Shown piece by piece: positions 9,834 to 18,832 of a stretch of DNA of 64,000 nt (position 1 is the stretch's first letter; each line of letters opens with the position of its first letter). The position numbers and the translations under genes are program-made. Origin of the DNA: a virus (taxonomy: Duplodnaviria; Heunggongvirae; Uroviricota; Caudoviricetes). The stretch is from the IMG/VR virus record IMGVR_UViG_3300035696_001272; one strand, given 5' to 3'. A model generated the notes under the pieces. It did not search any database, was not told where the DNA came from, and saw nothing but the letters and a program-made list of their open reading frames with translations.

Positions 9834-10142
9834 TTACTTCTTAAGAAAAATTTGCACAATCTGTGCCACTAGGGTCAATAGCCCAGTGATAAATAGTACT
9901 TGGATTTTGAACAAATCTCTAGATTGCTTCTCTGATTTTTCTAGAAGTTTATCTATTTTAATATCCATTGCTTCTTGATTGCTTCGTGTATTATTAAGCA
10001 ATGCAATGATCTCTTCATTTTGTCCAGCCACTTCTGTCTCAATTTCAACAGCTTTCTTATTGACTTCTAAAATGATATCAAGATCTCTCCTATTAACTTG
10101 ATCGAGAGGTATTATTTTGTCTTTGTCTTTGTCAGACATCAC
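9834..10142 (-). CDS. Coiled-coil protein with C-terminal transmembrane helix
   Basis: Heptad-like central region, then hydrophobic IQVLFITGLLTLVAQIVQIFL followed by KK. Confidence 0.65.
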   Translation of the reverse strand: MMSDKDKDKIIPLDQVNRRDLDIILEVNKKAVEIETEVAGQNEEIIALLNNTRSNQEAMDIKIDKLLEKSEKQSRDLFKIQVLFITGLLTLVAQIVQIFLKK

Positions 10143-10324
10143 TCACCTATTTGATTAGACTTTTTACTTTTTCTTTCTCGAATTTTTTCAATAACAGCAT
10201 CACATTTATCGTTGAGTTTTCTATACTCATCAACAGTGGATTGATTAATGCAATCGCAGTCAATTTCTATTTCTGACGTGAGAATTTCAGCAATTACATT
10301 AGCTAATTGTTTACGTGAATGCAT
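10139..10324 (-). CDS. Hypothetical protein
   Basis: 61 aa, coupled to both neighbours on the minus strand. Confidence 0.55.
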   Translation of the reverse strand: MHSRKQLANVIAEILTSEIEIDCDCINQSTVDEYRKLNDKCDAVIEKIRERKSKKSNQIGE

Positions 10325-10325
10325 A

Positions 10326-10748
10326 TTATACCTTCTTGTTGGCTATAGCCCTTTGGATGTCTATTTCAGCTAGATCAGCGTTTTCTTTGGCGTAAAGCTC
10401 ATCTTGCTTCTGCTGATCTTCTTCACTTACTTTCAACTCATCGTATTCCTTCTCTTCAATAACGAGAACGGATCTTTCTCTGGAAGGAATAGCCGCCTCT
10501 CTATAAATTAGAGAATCTTGCTTAACTTGTTCTGGTGGCAAATCACGAACTTTTATTTTATCTCTTTTAGCGAAAATGGATCCTGAATCTCTAGATTTTA
10601 TTAATTGTTCTAGTGTATAACTGTAATGTCTACTATCCAATAGATTAACTGTGGTAAATGCTTTGATATTCAAAGCCAAATCTGCCAAAGTTACATTTCT
10701 TGGACTTCCATTAGTGACCCAAAAAGCTGGTTTTGGAGGAGTTTTCAT
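10326..10748 (-). CDS. Hypothetical protein
   Basis: 140-aa ORF heading a three-gene minus-strand unit. Confidence 0.7.
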   Translation of the reverse strand: MKTPPKPAFWVTNGSPRNVTLADLALNIKAFTTVNLLDSRHYSYTLEQLIKSRDSGSIFAKRDKIKVRDLPPEQVKQDSLIYREAAIPSRERSVLVIEEKEYDELKVSEEDQQKQDELYAKENADLAEIDIQRAIANKKV

Positions 10749-10754
10749 ACTATA

Positions 10755-10780
10755 ATGTAAGTATATTCATAATTCGTCAT
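10755..10780. promoter_or_regulatory. Divergent promoter region with two motif copies
   Basis: Plus strand TAATTcgtCAT at 10770-10780 (16 nt before ATG 10797); minus-strand variant TATACttaCAT at 10755-10765 (6 nt before start at 10748). Confidence 0.5.
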
Positions 10781-10796
10781 AATAGCGAGGACTCTA

Positions 10797-11777
10797 ATGG
10801 GCGACAGCGACATCTTAAGTTATACACCAGGTCAACTGGTTACCTTCTACAAGGAAGTCAAAGACGGCTATGATCAACGTACTGATGATGGTTACATCCC
10901 AGTTGTTGCTAGAGTCATTTATCCTGGTCTTACTTTGGCTCCAGGCTATCCACTCAACATGGTTCGTGTGGATGTTGGTCTTTATTATTTCCAATTAACT
11001 CTGCCCTCAGGTGCGTCAGCCATAGGAACTTATTTCGTTGATATCATATTCCTTGATCCGAATACTGGACAGTTATCCAACGATTCTCGACAAATTGTTG
11101 TGACGGCACCATATGGTAACTATGCGGCCTCTTCGTCCAGCGGTAGTCCTACTCCGGTTCCTCCAACTCCTCCACCAAGTGGTGCAACTGGTGTAGCTGG
11201 TGGTGATTTGGCCGGAATGTATCCAAATCCTATCGTTGCTCAAATTCAAGGCATTCCTGTTTCGCCACTCATCCCAACACTTAACCAGTTCTTGCAATGG
11301 AACGGTACGGCTTGGACACCAACTAATTTTCCAGCAGTTCCACCTGTTTTGGATTTGTCATTTCTCTTTGCAAATAATATCGCTACACAAACTATTGCTC
11401 CTGGTGGGGCACAAGTTCAATTTGGTGGAGCATTTGGTTCAATTGAAAATGTTGGAGATCTAATTGCGGTTGAAGGAAACACAACGTTCACGCTTCAGGG
11501 AGGTCACACTTATCGTTTCAGAGGTAACCCAGCCCTCGTAAGTGTAGCTTGTTCTTGGCAGTGGTGGAATGAAACTTTTAATACTGGATTTGGTACAATT
11601 GGCGCCAATATAAGTCCTGCTTTGAGTACAGATGCTGTGGCTTATGCAACGGTTCCTGAAGGAACTGTATACACCATATCATTTAGAATTATTTATGCGC
11701 CTAGTGGTGTTACCGTGGGAGGTAGCACAGTAGGCGGTTTCGTTGGACCATTTATACAAATTGAATCATTGGGTTAA
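10797..11777 (+). CDS. Probable structural protein: N-terminal Ig-like domain, Pro linker, fibre-shaft repeat, C-terminal beta domain
   Basis: N-domain paralogous to 11818 ORF; contains GGDLAGMYPNPIVAQIQG...NGTAWTP unit shared with 17166 ORF; 2 DGY motifs. Confidence 0.6.
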   Translation: MGDSDILSYTPGQLVTFYKEVKDGYDQRTDDGYIPVVARVIYPGLTLAPGYPLNMVRVDVGLYYFQLTLPSGASAIGTYFVDIIFLDPNTGQLSNDSRQIVVTAPYGNYAASSSSGSPTPVPPTPPPSGATGVAGGDLAGMYPNPIVAQIQGIPVSPLIPTLNQFLQWNGTAWTPTNFPAVPPVLDLSFLFANNIATQTIAPGGAQVQFGGAFGSIENVGDLIAVEGNTTFTLQGGHTYRFRGNPALVSVACSWQWWNETFNTGFGTIGANISPALSTDAVAYATVPEGTVYTISFRIIYAPSGVTVGGSTVGGFVGPFIQIESLG

Positions 11778-11792
11778 AAAGAACTCTATTCA

Positions 11793-11803
11793 TAATTTAA
11801 CAT
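11793..11803 (+). promoter_or_regulatory. Putative late-promoter motif TAWWT-N3-CAT
   Basis: TAATTtaaCAT 14 nt upstream of ATG 11818, before GAGG RBS. Confidence 0.55.
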
Positions 11804-11817
11804 GATATTGAGGACTA

Positions 11818-12342
11818 ATGAGCGGTAATTTGTACTATACGCCAGGACAAACAGTTACTTTCTTTCAGGAAGTGCTGGACGGATATCGTCAACGTGTTGA
11901 CGATGGCTATACTCCAGTTATTACTCAAATACTAAATCCAGCTTTCGTACAACTCTCAGGTTATCCTCAAAATATGATTCGATATGATGTTGGTCTGTGG
12001 TATTTCCAATTTAAACTTCCTAGATTGGATAGACATGATCGTGGTCATGATCATTACAGACATTTTGAACATCAAAGACCTGATCTTAAATGTGTAGGTA
12101 GAGATTTTAGAGATGATAGAGATTTCGTGTTCAGGACGCCCAACACACAAGGAACGAGTGAAAGTTTTGGCAATTGTGACGGATATGTGATAGGCACCTA
12201 TCTTGTTGACATTGCCTATCAGAATCCAGATACTGGGCTTATTGTTAATGATAAAAGACAAATAATAGTCTCCGCTCCATTTGGTATGTTCAATGTTTTG
12301 AGCGGCAAAAGATTTGGTTGTTTTCCGGGGAGGGCATGGTGA
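11818..12342 (+). CDS. Paralogue of the 10797 N-terminal domain with an Arg/His/Asp-rich insertion
   Basis: YTPGQxVTF..EV.DGY.QR.DDGY.PV...IGTY.VDI....P.TG...ND.RQI.V.AP.G aligns with 10797 ORF. Confidence 0.7.
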   Translation: MSGNLYYTPGQTVTFFQEVLDGYRQRVDDGYTPVITQILNPAFVQLSGYPQNMIRYDVGLWYFQFKLPRLDRHDRGHDHYRHFEHQRPDLKCVGRDFRDDRDFVFRTPNTQGTSESFGNCDGYVIGTYLVDIAYQNPDTGLIVNDKRQIIVSAPFGMFNVLSGKRFGCFPGRAW

Positions 12343-13238
12343 GTATCAAAGCACGAGGTGAGTTAATCGACGTAACAGATCAGGTTAACTTAACTGTACA
12401 ATTTAAAGACGCAATGGGTAACCCCGTCAACACGGATTCCTTCCCAACAATTTCTATTGTTCAACCAAGCGGCTTGGTGGCCCTAACTCCAACATCAGCG
12501 GGAGTGCAGCAACTAGGCGAGGGTCTCTATTCCTACGTTTATAGTGTTCCTATCAACGGCCCTTATGGTGTTTTCAACGATATTTGGACTGGTTTCATCA
12601 ACGGATTCAGAGTAGAGACTACTTTCAGCTTCGTAGTTACTCACACACAAGTTCCAGCCATTAACACCGATGGTTTTGCCCACTTGGGAGATGATGTTGG
12701 CTTTCATTACTCTCAGTGTGCCATAATCAATGTTAACAAACTTATCAAGTCTCTTAGAGCCAGACTCAACAGTGCTGGTAAAGCCAAGTCAGTCGATGCC
12801 TATGGTAATACGGTCTACGTTGACTGTGATATTTTCTCAGTAGACATGCTAACTACATTTATTGCTACTGCACTATGGGATTTTAACCAAGTTCCTTACT
12901 TTACTTTCTTCCGATTCGAAGACGATGACTTCGTTGATCAGTTTGGAGAGATTTTGGTAGAAGGAGCCACTCTATACGCTCTAGCTTCCAAAGCTTTGAT
13001 AGAACGTGGTCGTGAATTTCAATTGACAGACAATGGCTTGAACTTCAATCCTCCAACTGTCAGCGAATTGATGCAAACGCAGGTAAGTTCGTTATTGACC
13101 GTATATTGGGACAAACTCAAATACATTAAGAATAGCTTGCGTCCAGCTCCAAGAGGATTGGGTGTCTTCAGCATGAACAGTGCCATCAATCCAGCCTTTG
13201 CTAGATTGCGTCATTTGAGAGCCAGAAGATTGATTTAA
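12336..13238 (+). CDS. Probable head-tail adaptor/neck protein with N-terminal Ig-like domain
   Basis: Start at ATG 12336 behind GGAGG; beta-rich N-domain plus helical C-domain; position upstream of tail genes; function inferred. Confidence 0.45.
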   Translation: MVSIKARGELIDVTDQVNLTVQFKDAMGNPVNTDSFPTISIVQPSGLVALTPTSAGVQQLGEGLYSYVYSVPINGPYGVFNDIWTGFINGFRVETTFSFVVTHTQVPAINTDGFAHLGDDVGFHYSQCAIINVNKLIKSLRARLNSAGKAKSVDAYGNTVYVDCDIFSVDMLTTFIATALWDFNQVPYFTFFRFEDDDFVDQFGEILVEGATLYALASKALIERGREFQLTDNGLNFNPPTVSELMQTQVSSLLTVYWDKLKYIKNSLRPAPRGLGVFSMNSAINPAFARLRHLRARRLI

Positions 13239-13612
13239 TCAGCAGAAGATTTGTAAGTTTTGGTACCAGTTACGGATTCACACTCTGCTTCAACACCTTC
13301 GGAAATAACCCACTCATCAGTCATGTAAGATACGCTAATTCCTGAGAACCAAACATTGGTTGCTCGAATAGTTTCTACTTTATCTTCCACAATAATAATA
13401 TGTACTGGGTATATTTGGGAGTCTACGTGGAATTTGCCATCCTTGAATGTTTCATTCAATCTTTCACGAGAGAGGCGCATTCTGGTTATTTCTAATTTAG
13501 CATTAACAGATGCTGGTTCATTCTCTTGAACAAACTCTTTAATAGTAAGAGATTCAATTGCACCAAGTGCTTGTTTATCACTGGTAAAGATAAGTATATT
13601 TGTAGAAGTCAT
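13235..13612 (-). CDS. Truncated paralogue of the tail tube protein
   Basis: Aligns with 29061 ORF: TNILI/TNILI, GAIESLTIKE/GAVQSMAISE, QIYPVHIII/QVYPFDIII, NVWFSGI..Y...WVI/NVWISGI..Y...WVI. Confidence 0.8.
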   Translation of the reverse strand: MTSTNILIFTSDKQALGAIESLTIKEFVQENEPASVNAKLEITRMRLSRERLNETFKDGKFHVDSQIYPVHIIIVEDKVETIRATNVWFSGISVSYMTDEWVISEGVEAECESVTGTKTYKSSAD

Positions 13613-13626
13613 ATACTACAAATATA

Positions 13627-14244
13627 TCATCTTTCTGTTTTTCTGCGTTCGTAAGTATGAGTTAAGACTTCTTGCAATGGATTGCCGGCAATCTTCTCGA
13701 ATATTTCTGCTTTCTGTATCAGCAAAGCATTTTTATCAAAAGCAGGCCCAGCTAATGGGAAGGTAACGAAGATTCTATCGTCGCCATGATCGCCTCCCCA
13801 CAATACAAGTTCTGCAATTGAGAACTCCAATGGATGAAACTCAGTCTCCTTGGGCTCTTCCTCAGAGTATGATAAGGTAACATGTGGTTTGAAATCTTTA
13901 TGGACCTTGGAGAATTCGATTTTCTGGTCATCAAACTCTTTTGCTAACTTATCACGTAGCTCATGTAGTTTTTCAGACTCAATTCTAGTAATGACTGGTA
14001 CTTTACCTTCTGGATTTTTAGGGAAACAAGTCACTTTGCTCATCTTAGCTATGAATGGATGAAATTTAGAGACCACTTTGTAGGTAGCTTCCAAAGATTT
14101 AGAGATTTCAGAGATAGGCCATTCGTCGCCAAAATATAGGAGGGTAATGTGTAGTTCCGATAGGCTACTTTTTTCACCGGGAACCTCAATTTGCGACAAT
14201 AAACGACCTGTTTCGTGTGGGATACGTATTCCTAGAAATGCCAT
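13627..14244 (-). CDS. 2H phosphoesterase (LigT/ThpR 2'-5' RNA ligase-like; possible Acb1-type cyclic nucleotide phosphodiesterase)
   Basis: Two HxT motifs, LHITLLYFG and FKPHVTLSY, about 90 aa apart. Confidence 0.88.
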   Translation of the reverse strand: MAFLGIRIPHETGRLLSQIEVPGEKSSLSELHITLLYFGDEWPISEISKSLEATYKVVSKFHPFIAKMSKVTCFPKNPEGKVPVITRIESEKLHELRDKLAKEFDDQKIEFSKVHKDFKPHVTLSYSEEEPKETEFHPLEFSIAELVLWGGDHGDDRIFVTFPLAGPAFDKNALLIQKAEIFEKIAGNPLQEVLTHTYERRKTER

Positions 14245-14258
14245 GTTAACCTTCTAAT

Positions 14259-14274
14259 ATGACTATTTAACCAT
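14259..14274. promoter_or_regulatory. Overlapping back-to-back TAWWT-N3-CAT motifs
   Basis: Minus strand TAAATagtCAT (14259-14269, 14 nt before start 14244) and plus strand TATTTaacCAT (14264-14274, 6 nt before ATG 14281). Confidence 0.5.
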
Positions 14275-14280
14275 ACTTGT

Positions 14281-15171
14281 ATGGCCGAGCAAAAAGAAAA
14301 GAAAATTCCGCTCCCTGCGGTCAAAAAATTACCTTATCAGTCACTAAATCGCATGATTAGAAAAATGCGAGAGTATCTAAAGCAAAATGATGTGGTGAAA
14401 AAGGTATTTGACGAGTATGACGTGGACATCAGTGAAATTGATGAAATACCAATGAGGTTTGGTGAGCTAGACGTATCAGCCAAGACTGATCATGGTGTCA
14501 TTATCTTCAATTACAAACTTTTGACTGATGCAGATTTTTTCAAAGACTTTTCATATGGCGTTCATGAAATGACTCACTGGCTTCAACAAACTACTGGTAA
14601 CAAAGCCACCAAGAGTTCTGACGATGGAAGCTATCTTGATAATCCATATGAGCAAGAAGGATTTCAAAACCAAGTCGAATATATTGCCGAGCAATTTGGT
14701 GAAGATGAAGCGGAGCAATACGTAGACGATTTGTTAGAGCATCATGAAGTGGAATCCAAAAAGGAAATCGAGGAAAAGAAAGATACCTTGATGTCAAAGA
14801 TAGCAAAAAAGAAATTAGTTACCTTTGACTTTGATGCCACTCTATGGGATTACAATGCAAGACAATTTATGGAACCCACTATTAATCTTTTGAAACGTTA
14901 TTTGTCTGAGGGCTATAAAGTGGCTGTAGTCACACATAGAAATAGTCAAGAAGCAAAGCAGGCAAGGCATATGCTGAATAAAATTGGCATTAATGTTCCC
15001 GTTTTATCATGTCCTAGTACTGACATAACATCTCACCATTTGAACAAGAGTGAGGCACTTCTGGCTTTGAAGCCGATTATCCATTATGATGATCGTCCTC
15101 AAGATTTGAAGGAAGCCATATTGGGCGGAATTAAAGTTGTCAAGCCACCTGCACACATACGTAATCAATAA
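14281..15171 (+). CDS. Fusion of HExxH zinc-metallopeptidase-like domain and HAD-family phosphatase
   Basis: GVHEMTHWLQ...YLDNPYEQEGF in N-half; VTFDFDATL (motif I), VVTHR (II), K (III), HYDD (IV) in C-half. Confidence 0.75.
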   Translation: MAEQKEKKIPLPAVKKLPYQSLNRMIRKMREYLKQNDVVKKVFDEYDVDISEIDEIPMRFGELDVSAKTDHGVIIFNYKLLTDADFFKDFSYGVHEMTHWLQQTTGNKATKSSDDGSYLDNPYEQEGFQNQVEYIAEQFGEDEAEQYVDDLLEHHEVESKKEIEEKKDTLMSKIAKKKLVTFDFDATLWDYNARQFMEPTINLLKRYLSEGYKVAVVTHRNSQEAKQARHMLNKIGINVPVLSCPSTDITSHHLNKSEALLALKPIIHYDDRPQDLKEAILGGIKVVKPPAHIRNQ

Positions 15172-15185
15172 AATAGAATTATAGT

Positions 15186-17135
15186 ATGGTCCACTACGCT
15201 AATCCCATATTAAGTGGTTTAAATAACGCTTTATCACTGGGTGACGGATATTCTGTCACCTTGCAGTGGTTTATTGCCTATCCCGTTAATCCGAACAACA
15301 AAATAGCGTACCATATTTACTACTCCACAGCACAAGATACCGTGTTTGATGAAGGCGTCAAATTTGTGGTCATCGATGGCTCGGTAACAGCCAACATTGT
15401 TGATCTGACGCCAGGTCAAGACTATTGGTTTTCGATGAGACCGGTCGAATATGACCCAACTGTCATTACTTTCCTTCAAAATTTGCCGATCGCACATGAT
15501 AACTTGAGATTTTATCCAAGCAGTATGTTGCGAAGGGATATGACTGCCACAGATTTGATCGTTCCTCTTCTTGATGTAGCCGGATTTCCAAGTTCTGGTA
15601 TTGTCCAAGTCGGAATTGAACTAATTCAGTACCTAGCCGTCGATCCAATCAACCAAAATTTGATTGTACCACCTGGCACTAATGGTACGCCTGCACATTT
15701 GGCCCTACAATCCAATAATCAATACTATTTACCAGGCCCGGACAACGTTGGACAAGGAAGTTTGGCTGGTATAACACTAACCAGTACCAACGCGCCAAAT
15801 GAAACATTCAAAATCCTTTGCTGCGCTGTTGATACAGATGGTTACGGCAATGTTACCACCAAATTCGAAGCTATCGGCACTGTTACTGGCAGTATTCGTG
15901 ATCAATACTCCAATGTAATCACTTGGGAAGCCAATGGCCCATCAATACCAAACGACACTCTGGAATTTTCAGTTGTAGAGACTGCGCAATTCCAGGTTGG
16001 CGATTATTTCACCGTACAAACAATTGGTGCCACTATGGGACTTGGTGGAGGTCGAGGTTTCAACTTTACTCCGATTACTATGCACACAGTTTCGGGTTAT
16101 GACGGCTATCACACTTATAGTCCAATTGTTAGCATGATTGCTATCGAAGAAGATCTGCGTTGGGATAATATTTATGCCTGTCAAGTACGTTTTGAGTATC
16201 CTAACTTTCCATTTACTGTCGTAGATGGCTACCGTCAAGTTCCGATAGACTATTTGTCCACAGATGACTCTGCTGCTGATGCTGCTAACGTTACATTCCC
16301 AATGTACGACTATGCAGGCTATCACAGAACTGATCCTGTGCAACTCTTGGACGGCACTTGTGTCGGAAGCTATATCGGAGGAGAAATGGGATGTATTGAT
16401 GCCTATGGCAACTACAACATCTATCGTGGATTCTCTCTACAAGATCAAAACACGCAGAGAGAAGATGTTCTCTTATCTGTCACTGGACAACCAGCCGTTC
16501 TTATCAAGAGAGTTCAAACGGGCATCACTTGTTCTTGTTATCTAGCATCTAGTGAGTATCCAGACGATCGTTGTCCATTCTGTTATGGTACCAAGTTCGT
16601 GTTTGGTTATGAACAATACTTTAACCCACGTCAATCAGACGGTCGTATCCAAATTAGACTTGGACCAACTGCTGAAAATCTTAAAATGCACGAAGCTGGT
16701 TTGGAATCTGAGTTCCCTCTAGATATTTGGACATTGACTGTGCCAACTATCAAAACCAGAGATGTATTAGTTGTATTCGATCAAGATGACAACGAATCAT
16801 TCCGATACGAAGTTTCAGACGTTATCCGTAACCAAACTATTCTAGGTTTGGATGGCGGTCAGCATCTTAGAACTTTTAGAGTTAGAAAGACCGATCCGAT
16901 CTATCAGATTCGTATCTTTAGAAATACTGCTGACTTCCCAAGTACACTAAATACCAGTTTGGCATTCGTACCAGGAATTCCGCCTCATAGCCACACAGTT
17001 GTCGTAAATGAAAAAGTTTTGTCGGTAAGCCAAATCAATCAAACCACTGGACTTACGCAGGGACATAACCATCCAATTGTAAATGGTGTTGTTCAGACGG
17101 TTTTGGGCCATACTCATCAAATAATCTTGCCATAA
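15186..17135 (+). CDS. Multidomain probable neck/head-closure protein
   Basis: N-terminal FN3-like segment, a domain paralogous to the sheath outer domain, CSC-x11-CPFCYG Cys cluster reminiscent of large-myovirus neck proteins, C-terminal HxH x3; 4 DGY. Confidence 0.5.
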   Translation: MVHYANPILSGLNNALSLGDGYSVTLQWFIAYPVNPNNKIAYHIYYSTAQDTVFDEGVKFVVIDGSVTANIVDLTPGQDYWFSMRPVEYDPTVITFLQNLPIAHDNLRFYPSSMLRRDMTATDLIVPLLDVAGFPSSGIVQVGIELIQYLAVDPINQNLIVPPGTNGTPAHLALQSNNQYYLPGPDNVGQGSLAGITLTSTNAPNETFKILCCAVDTDGYGNVTTKFEAIGTVTGSIRDQYSNVITWEANGPSIPNDTLEFSVVETAQFQVGDYFTVQTIGATMGLGGGRGFNFTPITMHTVSGYDGYHTYSPIVSMIAIEEDLRWDNIYACQVRFEYPNFPFTVVDGYRQVPIDYLSTDDSAADAANVTFPMYDYAGYHRTDPVQLLDGTCVGSYIGGEMGCIDAYGNYNIYRGFSLQDQNTQREDVLLSVTGQPAVLIKRVQTGITCSCYLASSEYPDDRCPFCYGTKFVFGYEQYFNPRQSDGRIQIRLGPTAENLKMHEAGLESEFPLDIWTLTVPTIKTRDVLVVFDQDDNESFRYEVSDVIRNQTILGLDGGQHLRTFRVRKTDPIYQIRIFRNTADFPSTLNTSLAFVPGIPPHSHTVVVNEKVLSVSQINQTTGLTQGHNHPIVNGVVQTVLGHTHQIILP

Positions 17136-17143
17136 ATCTGCAT
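17133..17143 (+). promoter_or_regulatory. Putative late-promoter motif TAWWT-N3-CAT
   Basis: TAAATctgCAT 22 nt upstream of ATG 17166. Confidence 0.45.
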
Positions 17144-17165
17144 ACTAGCGTAAAAGAGAAAAATA

Positions 17166-18788
17166 ATGCCTGATAGCCAAAACCCACAAGTTCCAAATTT
17201 CGTTCCAGGTGTCGGTAGACTGGTCACCGATCGTTTCGACTTTGAAGCGCATGTAGATGGTCAGTCATTTAGACACAATGCCACTATGATTGACCTGTTT
17301 CCAACATTGGTCATCAATAGTACTACTGTTACGACTGTGCAGCAAGCATTACAGGCTTTGGTTGGCATTTTAACTGTACCTACCGTACCTCAAGCAACTA
17401 TAGGAACGGGTACTGGCAACTTGGGTATTGTCACTTTGGGTGGAGATTTTGCTGGCACTGGTTCCAGTGCCCTATCTCCAAAAGTAGGAGGCATTCAAGG
17501 AATTCCAATCCAAAATGCTATTCCAACTCTCGGACAAGTATTGGCCTTCAATGGAAGTGCTTGGGCTCCTGCTACAGCCCCTCCTCCAGGCGGATCTGCT
17601 GGTGGTGACTTATCTGGATCTTATCCAAACCCAACCGTGGCAAAATTGCAAGGTACTTCTGTTTCTTCTGCTGTACCAACTCTTAATCAGTTGCTACAGT
17701 TCAACGGAACTTCTTGGACACCGACCACAATATCTTCATTGCCTCCAAGTGGTGCAGCCGGTGGCGATCTTTCTGGAACCTATCCAAATCCAACTGTAGC
17801 AAAATTGCAAGGAACTTCTGTTTCTTCCGCTCCTCCATCTGCATCTCAAGCCTTGGTTTATAATGGAACTGCATGGGCTCCTTCAAGCGCTCTTACGGGT
17901 AAAGCCTACTACGGAACTCACGCTGATGGTAATGCAACATTCGATGGTACTTCTACCGTTTTAGGTCTAGTGCCAAACGCTGCCCAAACTTATTTTATGA
18001 CGGCCAATATTGAGTGCTCAAACATGACAATCAATCCTGGTGTTACTGTTGTCACTCAGGGATTTATCATCATGTGTACCGGTCTATTGACAGTTAACGG
18101 TATAATAGATAACTCTGGTACTGCTGCTAGTGGTACCACACAAGGTACTGGAGCTTTCTGGACTTTCATGGGTGGTGGTTCTGATGGCGGTTCTGGTTCA
18201 CATTTTAGCGCACAACAGTCTGGTGTAAGTTTTACTACTGTTGGTACAAATAACAACGTAGCTTTGGGTGGTCAGGGTGGAATGGGTGGTAATATCTCTA
18301 ATTTGGGTGGAGCAACCAACAACCCAATCGGTGCCAGCACACTTGTTTGGAGAGCGGATCATCTAGATTTGGGTAGCATACTCATGTCATCAAGAATATT
18401 CAATGCTGGTTTGGCTGGTGCCGGATCAACTGGTGCTGCTAGCCTAATTTCTTTTGGTGGTGGTACTGGCGGCGGTGGTGGAGCTTCACCTGGCGGTGGT
18501 CCACCAGTTGACGGAGGTGGTGGTGGCGGTGGTGGAGGTATTATTTTGATCTTTGCCAGCGCAATTACTGGAACCGGTACAATTCAAGCAAATGGTGGCA
18601 ATGGAGCTAATGCTACAGCCGTACAATGGGCTGGTGGTGGAGGCGGTGGCGGTGGTGTTATTATAATTGTTTCTGGAACTTATTCTTTCACCGGACTAGT
18701 TGTCCCAGCACCAGGAATGGGTGGCACCGGTCCAATGGGAGCAGGAATGATGGGATTTCCAGGGTTTGTTGCTTTGATTCAAGGATAA
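17166..18788 (+). CDS. Fibre protein with shaft repeats and glycine-rich C-terminal domain
   Basis: Three ~53-aa GGDxxG...V..xQG...NGxxWxP repeats starting 17439, 17601 and 17760; poly-Gly C-terminal half. Confidence 0.7.
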   Translation: MPDSQNPQVPNFVPGVGRLVTDRFDFEAHVDGQSFRHNATMIDLFPTLVINSTTVTTVQQALQALVGILTVPTVPQATIGTGTGNLGIVTLGGDFAGTGSSALSPKVGGIQGIPIQNAIPTLGQVLAFNGSAWAPATAPPPGGSAGGDLSGSYPNPTVAKLQGTSVSSAVPTLNQLLQFNGTSWTPTTISSLPPSGAAGGDLSGTYPNPTVAKLQGTSVSSAPPSASQALVYNGTAWAPSSALTGKAYYGTHADGNATFDGTSTVLGLVPNAAQTYFMTANIECSNMTINPGVTVVTQGFIIMCTGLLTVNGIIDNSGTAASGTTQGTGAFWTFMGGGSDGGSGSHFSAQQSGVSFTTVGTNNNVALGGQGGMGGNISNLGGATNNPIGASTLVWRADHLDLGSILMSSRIFNAGLAGAGSTGAASLISFGGGTGGGGGASPGGGPPVDGGGGGGGGGIILIFASAITGTGTIQANGGNGANATAVQWAGGGGGGGGVIIIVSGTYSFTGLVVPAPGMGGTGPMGAGMMGFPGFVALIQG

Positions 18789-18832
18789 TTCTGCTTATAT
18801 TACTTGTTTCGCATTAGTAATAAGGAGTTTTT

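Noticed and set aside
7667-14244. CBASS operon (patatin + HNH + 2H)
   Set aside because: No CD-NTase or SAVED-like domain recognised; the genes are not contiguous or co-oriented
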